DNA of 64,000 nucleotides from Camelus ferus (Eukaryota), in assembly GCF_009834535.1 (NCBI RefSeq), contig NC_045696.1:30072001-30136000 (forward strand), written 5' to 3'. The notes beneath the pieces are model-generated. The model ran no database searches. It saw nothing but the letters and a program-made list of their open reading frames with translations, and had not been told where the DNA came from. Positions 12,465-23,070 of this stretch are shown in pieces; the first letter of the stretch is position 1; each line of letters opens with the position of its first letter. The position numbers and the translations under genes were made by a program.

Positions 12465-13714
12465 TAAAATGTGCTTTTTACTTATCTCCATGAAATAGCC
12501 AACATGAAGGGAATTTCACATGTCTGATTTTATTACTAAATATACAGAAATTGTTTAAAGCAATAACAACAACAAAAAAACACAGGCAGTTCCATTCAGT
12601 AACTTCAGAATGTGTTCTTAGAGATAAAAAAAAATTAAGCGGATTTCAATTTAATTGTATCTGTAGCAATTACACAAATACATTTTCCTTTGAAAATTGG
12701 AGTATTTTGCATATGTAGCTTTTCTGTTAGGGAAATTTTACTCTGGAAGGTAGTGTATGTTTTACAGCAAGATACCCACTTTTTCCAGCAGGAAGATAGG
12801 TTCAAAGAGATTTAGCAATTTGCTTGGAGTCACACATCAGTCAATAGAAAAGTCAGAAGTAAGGGGGCGATTCCTCACTGAGAGCCTGGCCTCTCATGGA
12901 AATGTGTTTGTGGCCATTGCTCTTTCTGAGACAACTTAGCCCTGGAGAAATCTACGTTTCTTGCTTTCTTGTCTGCAGTAGCCCTTCCTTTCTGCGTTGG
13001 AGATGTCAGAATTGCTTTGGAGGATTATTAGTCAAAATAAATGCTTTCCCCTCCATTTGAATCTTTGCAGTGCCTTTTCCACAAGAGCCAACCTAAGGGG
13101 CAGATGCTCTCCAGCCCCAGCCTCATCTTTTCCTCCTCCTGTGACCACCTGCCTCCTGCCTCAGCACTTGGATCCACCTCACAGCCCAGCTGCTTTCTCT
13201 GTTCCAGGCCCCACGGCTCCCTCAGTCACGGCACAAGTGCTGTGTGAGCAGTGGCCCTTGTGGCTTCCCTGTCATCGTCCAGCTGCCTTCAACCGGAGCC
13301 TGACTTTAACAGATTCCCCTCACATTTCTGCTGTCAGCCTGATGCCAGACCTCACAAGTTCCCGCATCCATTTTGCTGGCCTCCTGCTTCTGTTAGGAGC
13401 ATCATAGATCCTCGAACCCATCCCATCTGCCCAGTGACACCTCCCCGTTTAACAGCCGCCCACCTCCTTGGCTGGTGCCCACTTTTCTCTCGGAGGAGGG
13501 ATAGATACTGTTCTCCCCCGAACAGGAGGAAATGAAATGTCGAGAGCTTCTCTAGCATATAGTTGACAATGCTGTTCAACTGAGCTTCAAATTAATTTAC
13601 ATTTTGTGAAAATAAGCATTAAAAATATGCCTACATCATATGTAAGCCTGATGCAAAGGTTATCTTGGAGCGGGCTTAGAAGGCAGGCATGATAAGAAGT
13701 AGCATAATTACAGT

Positions 13715-13850
13715 AGAAAAAGTGCTACAGTAAGAACTGAAGTATGCAGGGTACTGGATCTCTAATTTCTGCCTAACTTGAGCAACATTTCTGGCCTCAG
13801 GAAGTCACTTTGATGATCTGGGTCTCAAATGCCTCATTAATAAAAATGTA
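13715..13850 (+). mobile_element. MIR SINE fragment
   Basis: ggaagtcacttt...ctgggtctcaaatgcctcattaataaaaatg. Confidence 0.6.
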
Positions 13851-14329
13851 AATTGTAAAGTTGTGTCTGCCTAAGGACCGTGGCCTTGGCCAGGTAAAAG
13901 TTTAAATTAAATTCACTTCATTATAAGAGTAAGATAAAAATATTTAACATTCAACAAAATTTGACAACATTTAATTCTGTTAATAAGAGAACAGAATTTT
14001 ATGTTGTGGTAGTAATGTGGAAACAATATTTTAAAATATATAAAACAACAAGCAAAGCCAACCTCTTTTAAGGAGAATGTTGGCCTTTTAAAGTATTTCT
14101 TCTTACAGGTACACAATGGTATATTTTCTTTCTCTTCTTTTTCCCTTTCCCTCTCAAATACACTAAACTGTGTACTTCTAATTACCCCCTAATTTTTCAC
14201 TTAAATTATAATTTATATAATAATTTAAATTAAATTTTATTATAAGTATAGTTTCATTTTATTTCAGTATTTATCTTAGTTTTTACAGGTTATACTATAT
14301 TCTATTAATAATTCTCTTATCTTTGAAAT

Positions 14330-14397
14330 TATTTTAATTTTATTTTAAGAAATAACTGACATATGACATGTTAGTTTCAGGTATACAATATGATGAT

Positions 14398-14429
<32 letters not shown>

Positions 14430-14750
14430 TTACAAAATGATCACTAGAAGTCTACTTAACATTCATCATCACACATAGTTATAAACTTCTTTTTCTTATG
14501 ATGAGAATTTTTAAGGTCTACTCTCTTAGGAACTTTCAAATATACAATAAAGTAGTAATAATATTAACTAACTACAGTTAGTTACCATACTGTATGTTGC
14601 ATTCCCAGTATTTATTTTTTATAGTTGTAAGTTTGTACCTTTTGACTACGTTCACTAATTTTGCCCCCTTCCCAATTCTGTCAGTCTGTTCTCTGAGTTT
14701 TCTTTCTCTCTCTTTTTTTTTTTTAGATTCCACATACAAGTGAAATGAGA
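14330..14750 (-). mobile_element. L1 3' end (L1MA-like) containing an (AT)n(AC)n microsatellite
   Basis: ttagtttcaggtatacaatatgatgat...tctactctcttaggaactttcaaatatacaata...ttagattccacatacaagtga. Confidence 0.85.
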
Positions 14751-15209
14751 TAATCTCTCTTCTTTTAATTCAAAGTTTTGGCTTTCATAAATAAAGTTGC
14801 AATTGTAAACATTTATTAAGTATTTATTATGTTCCAGTTACTGCTAAAACTATTTTCCATATAGCATCTTATTTGATAAACAATTATTTATATCTTGTTT
14901 TATTACCAAAAGTGTTTAAGTGAAATAGCTTGCAAAAAATATAAAATAGCATGAAAAGAGCGGCTGGGAAAATCAGTGAGTTGAGAAAATAAGCATAGAA
15001 AAAATAAACGGGAGCAAGAAGTATGAATCACATGCTGTCAAATTTTACACATTCATTAGAAATGTACAACAAATTGGAGTGTTGGGTTAGCATGGAAGTT
15101 GAATTACTCAATTACCAGTATTATAAAGTGAAATCAAACCAGTTCCCTGGAAACACACAGCTTCTTGCTATAGTGATAAATCTCAGGCAATAAAAATGTT
15201 AAGTCATAT

Positions 15210-15450
15210 ACTTTTGCTACGATTTTTAAAGTTAAAGAATATGAACACATTTACAATTCTTGATACATATTACCAAATTTCTTTCCCAAAGCAGCATGGG
15301 ATATTGCCATATAAATTTTCCAGTGCAATAGATGGAAGCAGCTCCTCCTTTCTGTTTCTTTGATTGTAAGATGATTTAATATTTTTCTCATTGTGTTTGC
15401 CTCTAGTTGTCTTTGCAGTTTATGAATTGCCCAATCCCTTCTGTCTGTAA
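15210..15450 (-). mobile_element. Ancient L1ME-like fragment
   Basis: ttgatacatattaccaaatttctttcccaaa; diverged. Confidence 0.45.
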
Positions 15451-17595
15451 GAATTTTGATGAGGAATCTGATGAGGGAAGTTTTGGCCCCTGGAGCTCTG
15501 GCAAAGTCTGTATGGTTAAACATCCCATAGTTTGTTAAGATCTAGTTCATTAGATTGGGTTTTCTACAACCGAGACATTTATATCTAACTCCAATATTAT
15601 TGATTATGGCAGGATCTAGTCTTCCTTTGTATGTAAATTTTTAATGAAAATGTCACCTCAAATTCCAGTATGTTTCTTTTTTAATGTATCATTTAAAGTT
15701 GAAGAAAAAGAGAGTGGATAACAGGGTGACAATACATTCTGTCATTTTGTTTATATACATCTTGCATTTTGGACTAGATTTTTACTTTTTATTGGTTTTC
15801 AATCAAAGATACATGTTTTCACTCATCCTGCGGCAATTTGTGCTGTAGTCTACTAGCAAAAAAAGCTATTGTCTAATTTTCTTGAGATTTTTTTCCTCTT
15901 GCCAAACTTCTCAGGAACAATACTAGAACTGTGATTTAAGGACTCATTATGTTAACACACCTACTTTTTCTGTGTTATGCTGATTCCAAAAGAGTTTAAA
16001 TCATCTGCAAAAAAAGGTGGACCATTTTTGTTTTAAGTTTTTAGGTTTTATGAATTATGCTAACATTTACTTTAAAAACAAAGACACCTGTTTTCAAGTG
16101 CTGCTTTTAAGCAGCTCTCTTAGCATGTGGCCTATTTAACCTAGAGCCTTCTGTAAGGATGCATTTTTAACTGTTTCTAAGAAATGCTGGACACAGTTCT
16201 TTTAGAGAGACAACCTGCTCCTATTCCATCACATCATCTACATCTGCTACATGATGCTACGTGCTACATGAACTTGGACTGCTGGCGTCAGGAGAAAGTT
16301 GCCACCGCCACGTGCTAATGATGCTTTTCCTGGAAACCCATATTTGTAAATAGTCTGCAAGAGCAAAACAAAAGGGGAGAGCAGTACAGAAAAACAAGCA
16401 CATGCCTCTAAATCCAGTCGAGGCTTTTAGAAGATCCCCTGATTTTTTGCTACAGAGTTTGATGCAGATAAAGAATATTGATAAGCTTGGGGGATAGAGC
16501 ACAACAGAGAATGGAATTTGAATTCTTTAGTCTAAGGAGAAGGTTGAAAGGTTAAAGACTGTCTTATTAATGGAATTCAAGTTCTATAGAAGTTTTGTAA
16601 TTGAGTCAAAATGAATTAACCTTTTTCAAAGGCAATTTTGGTTTCTGGTCCAGTGTCTTTAAATAAGAGAAAATGGGGGAGGGTGGGGAGGGAGGAGGGG
16701 ATGATAGAATGTCTCTGAGCATGGGCAGCTTTCCCAGAATTTCCTTTATCTCACCTTCTGATAGTGTACTCAGGCCTCCTCAATCTATTTTTTTTCCCTC
16801 TATTCTTTCCTTTCTATCTATCCTTTCACCATTTCGATCCAGAATGAAACATTGTCCTGCCAAAACGGTCCCATGTGTAATACCGCAAAGAGATCTTCAG
16901 AGATTGGTACCATGGCCTTCCGATGTTAGAATCAGAGAAAAATCAGCTTGCTTGTCAGAAGGTACCAAGCAGGATTTTAATTTGGTGCAAAACAGACATT
17001 TCTGATAGTGATGATTATTAAACACAAGGGACCTGATGGAGAAGGGAGCTGGACATCTCTTTGCTTGTATCAGAATAGCTTGCTTTACCAGTGGAGAGAA
17101 AATTGACCTGCGAATCAAGAAATGCCCCTAACGGCTTGTCAAACTTTTCACTCCAATTTAGAGTATCCAAACAGTATAAACATCCTCTCTCTAATCTAGA
17201 CTATTTACAGTGCTCTATTAATTCTGGAAAATATTGTGCTGTATGGTTTTCACCAGTTTGGATCTTCGGCTTGTCATTTCTTTTTTTAATATCAAATGGA
17301 GGGTGTTCATCACTGTCACTGGTCAAGATTAAATTCTGAATGATCAAAATATGCTTAAAAATTAATAGAATTTTTATTTTTGGTAAACAAGTGCAAGGCC
17401 TCCTTTCTCAATTTTCTTAGCTGTCAAATTAGATCAAAATTCTTCACCTTAAAATTTTTATTAGTCGTTAGTACTAGGTGATTACTAAGTGAAACAATCT
17501 GGATTTAAGGTAAATGAAATCTGTGATTAATACATGTGACATTAGATGTTTCTGATATTTTTGATCCCTGCTCATAAATCTATGCAGTTTAGTAC

Positions 17596-18070
17596 TGTCA
17601 CTCCAGAGACCATCAAAAAAGTCTGTTAATCAGGCAGAACTAAGTTTAGTAGATTTATGGCAGTGAGCGAGAACAGCATATTGACAGTCTTATTAGTGTC
17701 TCAAAATAGGATATAAAAGGAAAATGTTTACAGAGTTTGAGGGCCTGGGCTGGGTGATTCTAAAACAGGTTTGCCAGACTGGGAATTTATAGGGATTGCT
17801 CAAAATTTAGGATATGAAAGTTTTAGATTGGTGGATACCATGAGGTGAGGTTTTTCAAGAGAAACGAATGAGCTGTTAGTCTTGGTATGTAAACTCTTTA
17901 GTTAGTACAGTCTTAACTTGTAGTAGCAGATATTTTATCTGCAAGAAGCAGGAAGCTAAGTTATTGTACTCGGTCCCAGCATTGTTTAACACAGGGACAG
18001 GCAAATATACCCGGCCCCAGCATTAACATAGGGCAGGGAATTATGTTGCTTTTAATTTCTTGCTTTCACA
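17596..18070 (-). mobile_element. ERV1-class solo LTR (MER67/MER31-like)
   Basis: caggcagaactaagtttagtagatttatggcagtgagcgagaacagc...ttgacagtcttattagtgtctc; TG...CA termini. Confidence 0.65.
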
Positions 18071-18809
18071 TTTTAGCTCTCAAATCAGTAGTAATAAAAT
18101 AGAGGGCTAAAATTCTTAATTATCATTTATTAAAAACAGTTGAAAACTCAATGTTATGATTCCTAATTTTCCCTTTATAATGAAAGGATAGATTAGCTCT
18201 TATTTCCATATTTCCTTTATCTAGTATTTAGTGATTCTACTGAGGTTTCCAACTAACACAAGATTTTAAAACATAGTGTAAACTTTTTAATACATGAATT
18301 CTATATTTAATTGTGCTGAAACAAAACACCAACCCTTTTTTGAAGTTTGCACATCCCAAGTTGATTTTAAAGAGTATTCATTAAGACCATGATTTAAAAT
18401 AATGTAAACGCTAAGGATAAAGCTTGGCAAGGAAACATGCTTACAGAAATTTTACTGGAAAAATGATTTTTTAATTAAAATAAGGTATTTTTATATGTTA
18501 CTGGAAAGAAAACAGAATGTAAAATACACCAGAAGTCTAAAATACCAACTCATTAATTGACATAACCCTTGTATCAAACATCATGGACCAGAAGTATCTT
18601 GAATTAATATCAATAGAAAAAACCATAACATCCTTTCAAAAATAATGGAATGAATAAATGAGTAATTAAACAGACATATAGCCATTAAAGCAGTGTTTAT
18701 GAAACTTTTTGAAATATAGGAAATTGCATTTGGGATAATTTAAGTGTGATCAAACCAGCAAAAAAAAACAAAAAACAAAAAAACCCCACATTTGCAGTGT
18801 ATATAATCT

Positions 18810-19267
18810 TGTGGCAGACATTATTAGTTGCCCACCTAATCCAGTTTATTCTATTTTCTTTACACTGATTTGTTTGAGGGGAGAATGCCCAGCTAAATAC
18901 TATCCTGCCCCAAATCTCTCCAAGGTAGAGGTGGCCAAATGCTATGCTGGTGAGATTTCTACTTGCTCTTCTGACAAGCATTGTCCCATCCTCTTTGATG
19001 CTTCCTCCTTCTTTCTGTGTGGAGTATAGGAAACAGTCAGCTGGCTGTTATGAGATTGCTATGAAGATAGAGCTGCCAGTTCGGGATGAAGGAGTGAGTA
19101 GAAAGCGAGGCACTGTAGCAGCCCAGAACCACCTAGATCTGTTCTGTTTGTTATACCAACAAAGCAACAGTACAACATTTGGAAAAATTAGAGGGAAAAA
19201 ATCTCCCCTTTTAAATCACTGTAATCAGTTTCCACTGCATGCCACTTAACATAAGCTGTAACAACAG
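18810..19267 (+). mobile_element. Old MaLR LTR (MLT1I/J-like)
   Basis: tgtggcagacattattagttgcccacc...cccagctaaatactat...gtagaggtggcca...tttaaatcactgtaatcag. Confidence 0.65.
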
Positions 19268-20499
19268 ATCCCAATTGTGTAAATTAATTAATTATTAAGA
19301 GAAAATACATCAAATATTAATTTTAGTAATTTCTGTGTGTTGTGATTATAGACAGTTTGAAAAATGTCATTCTCTCTGTGTGACGCATTTTTAGGCGTGT
19401 ACAAGGATAGTATTTATTTTATGATCAGAAATAAATGTCTTTATGTATATTGAAAGCAAATATATTCTAAGGAGTAGTTTCATAGGGTGACAGAGTTAAC
19501 ATGCCTATATATTTTCTTGATGCACAGACCAGATATGCATGAAAAGAGAGTTAGAGAGTATGATGTCTCCTATAGAGAAGAAAACTCTACTAGAATACTA
19601 ATATTTTTGCTTTTTGTCTAACAGTGTATGAATAAAGACGATTCAACTAATTTAAGCAGGGAGGCCATGAAGTTGCTCTCTTTCTTTCATAGGTTGTTTA
19701 CAAATTTGTTTAATTTGATAGAGAGGCTCATAGCACATTCTGTTAGCAACTCTCAAGGACAATTAATAAACGCTCCTGAGCGTGTGTGAGCGTGGTGGCA
19801 AGGTGAATGGAAAGGGGGTTATTATTTTGATCAGCCCTTCACAGAAGTGATTCACAAAATAGTTTAAAGCATTACTAGTGGTTCTTAGAAAAGCGTTCTT
19901 TATTTGGCTCATGATCGGTCTCTTGTAGTGTTGATATTTATGAAATGAAGCGTGCTTTTGTTTCTGCTGTGAAGTTATCATCTTAATGAGAACCTCTGCT
20001 ATTATCCCAGCCACTCTGGTGAGGATCTCTTTATTTTTATTCCCATCTCTCTTGTGCCCCCACCTCTCCCCCCTGATCATTTGAGAGCAAGACAAATAAA
20101 TAGATTTTATTGTTCTACTGAAATGAACAAATTTTGTTCATTTATGTCAAAAATGTTTGAGGACCATACATAGTTCTAAAGTGTATGATATTCAAAATTG
20201 AGATAAGAGAAGGTCATCTGATAAACGTTGCTTATGGAAATTTATTTTCTTTTGTTCCCTAAATCATTCCACAGCACTAGGTTTACCTCTGTGGATCTGA
20301 CATCACTCCTTAGCATTTGTAGCAGGTTAACACAATCAAATTCAAGATTTCCTTTTCTAAGTGTTCAGTGTAATTCTGGAGGCTAGACCAACAGGCTACT
20401 GATGCTTTATATAAATGTTAACACTAGAGATGTGCTTACTGCTCACTTACTCTGCTCCCTTTATTTTATGAATGAGGAAACTAAATGACTCTAAGTCCC

Positions 20500-20900
20500 A
20501 AACAAACTGAAGTGCTCTCCTTTCCCTCAGTGTTTGAATCTCTTTCTCACTTCAGGACCTGAACCCATGGTGTTGCACTTTAATAGACACATTCCAACCT
20601 GCTTAAATAACTCTAAACTTACTGCTTCTTCCAGGAAGCTTTCGCTGAACCCTGTCCTCCCACAGATGTGGATTAGCCCTCTTTGTTTGTTCTTCCAGAG
20701 AAAACTGGACATCATCTCTTTTTTCAATTAACATGTTAGGTCATAATTGCTATTTTGCTTTTGTTTGTACCCTTTTAGATGAGTTCATTTGGGGAAGGGT
20801 GGGGACTAGGTTTTCTTTGGTTCATCGTGACTTTAATACATAGCAAAATCACTTGCATACAGTAGGTGCTTAAACTTAGTTATATATTGAGTGAATGGCT
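20500..20900 (+). mobile_element. L2 3' fragment
   Basis: cttcttccaggaagctttcgctgaaccc ... cacttgcatacagtaggtgcttaa...tgagtgaatg. Confidence 0.65.
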
Positions 20901-21199
20901 TGCTAAAAGTTAACAAATGAAATGTATAATTTGATGAATTATGTTTGTAAAAGACAAATACTTACATATACAAATTAAAAAAAACATTTTTATTTGGGAA
21001 ATATTAATTGTAGGTGAAGAAAAGCCGTAATAGTTGCAATTCAGCAAGAAGTGGTGGCTTCTTTCGATTACATCTAGCTAGAAAAACAATAACAGACTAA
21101 TTTTGTCCTAAGTTTAAAATTCAAATTTCCTATGAAACACTGCAGTTTTGTGTGATAACAGTTTACATTTGTCCAGAAAAAATTGGTAAGTGACTGGAC

Positions 21200-21540
21200 T
21201 CACACAATGGAATTCTAAGCTGCAATGAGGATGAATGGACAGTGCCTGCATGCAGCAATATGGGTGAATCCCACAAAAATCATACTGAGTGAAAGAAGCA
21301 AGAAAAGAGTATACACTTAGGATCCCACTTACATGGTGTTCAAAATTAGGTAAAACTAATCTATGATATTGAAAGTCAGAATGGTCTTTACCCTTTTCCA
21401 GTATAACTAAAGGGAGGAATGAGGAGATTCCTGTGCACTGATCCTGTTAAGTTTCTTGTTATGGGTGTAGGTTTTGTAGGCATTCATCTTGTGTAAATGT
21501 AGTATGAAATTACAGTTGTACATATATTTCAATAAAAATA
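21200..21540 (+). mobile_element. L1ME-like 3' end
   Basis: cagcaatatgggtgaatcccacaaaaatcatactgagtgaaagaagc...taggtaaaactaatctatgatattgaaagtcagaat...ttcaataaaaa. Confidence 0.85.
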
Positions 21541-21999
21541 TACACCTGCCCCTGCCTCCCACATACCAACACTTCTCAAAGTTAAGAACACATGTAGTAA
21601 AATTCAACAATAAAGTAATGAATTGTAATTCACACTTTCACATATGTACACCTATTTATTCTCATTGCCATTATTGGATCATCCAGCTAACCTTTTTCTC
21701 TTTTCCATACAGTTTGTACCAGGCTATATAAATTAAAGCTTTGTAAATAATAAGCTAAGATGACTAGACCTAGTGGATATCAAATTAGATGTGAAAGTTT
21801 TCATGGACCTTGTGTCACTCAAGCAACTTTACCCAATTTTACGTGTCTTACTCTACTGACTTTGTTGTTTCCATATAAAATATAGTCAACTGTAGGTTCT
21901 TTGAAAGAGACTATATTCATTGTGGGTAGCACTTTAATGATAATTGCAGCCTATGTAGTTGTTCATGTTTTAGCTAATTTATAAAATTGGAGTACTTCC

Positions 22000-22390
22000 A
22001 ATTTATCAGATGCCTTTGATACCCTGCCCCAAGTCCCTGAATCCACTTGAGTTTGCATGTAGTTATGATAGTTCACTGTAAACTGATGGCTTCCCACTTC
22101 AAAAGCATGCTTTTCACTCTTCTCTGATGAAGGATTTGGTCAGCACTGTAGGAATTTTAAAGGAGTTAACATATCTGGGGGCAATCTTTAAAACCTGGGG
22201 GATAGAAAAAGCTCCAGTCTCCCAGCTACCCCTGGGACTACTGGGGTTCCAGTTGATGCATACTTTATTGGCTTTTCTACCTGTTGTGCCCCCATTTCTC
22301 CTGTGTGTGCTCCCCAAAACATTTCCTAAGTAGACTGCCTTCCCCAAAGTTCTTTCCTCAGCACCTGCTTGGGGAGCCACAGGGATACTC
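22000..22390 (+). mobile_element. ERVL-class LTR (LTR16-like), degraded
   Basis: gatggcttcccacttcaa... and 3' end cctcagcacctgcttggggagccacagggatac. Confidence 0.5.
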
Positions 22391-22869
22391 TCCTTCTACT
22401 ATGACCATGTACTTATAATTTGAGAGTCTTTTAAATTATGAACTTTTCTCTTTCATTATCCTCTGAATTTCATGGGTATTAGGGCTTCAACATGAGTTTG
22501 GGCCGGGGCATAATTCAGTACAATAACAGTCATATTGATTCTAGAAAACACAATGGAAGAACCCAAACAAGGAGGAAAGCTGGCCACCGATGTGGCTGGG
22601 CAGGCAGAAATGAACTAGAAGGCTCTTCCCAGGCTAGAAGCATGTAGAGATGAGGAAAGGAATACAAAACAGAAGCCCTCATCAGCAATGCAGACAGTGA
22701 CTTTCCTGGAGTCAGATGCCAACTTTGCTATCTTTCTCTTTTTTCCTTTTGTGTGACAGAAAATGTACCAGTCTAATCAGAAAGGACATTGTCCTTCACA
22801 TTACAAAATTACTCATTGGTTTCTCGGATTGGTATTGAAGAAAAAATAGAGACGTTTTGGAGACATGTT

Positions 22870-23070
22870 CTCCAGGAATTTTGAGTTTCATATCTGTTGT
22901 CAACCAGCTTTGATATTGTGCCTGCTCCTTTATCTCACGAGTCTTTTGATTCTTAATCTGTGAACTATGAGGATAATATCTCTCTTAAAGGATTTGTGTA
23001 AGGTTTAAAAGGGACAATGCATATAAATTGCCACACATAGACTTGTCCTTAATAGATGCTCAACTAATTT
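22870..23070 (+). mobile_element. MIR SINE
   Basis: cttaatctgtgaactatgaggataata...ggatttgtgtaaggtttaaaagggacaatgcatataaa. Confidence 0.7.

Noticed and set aside
12997..13579. Overlapping 68-136 aa ORFs as a small gene
   Set aside because: Pro/Ser-rich translations open in several frames on both strands are expected from local GC richness; no splice or domain evidence
16215..16354. Minus-strand exon (acceptor ttttgttttgctcttgcag, donor CAG/gttgtc)
   Set aside because: All three frames contain stops and the donor is weak; could only be a non-coding or terminal exon, which I cannot support without RNA data
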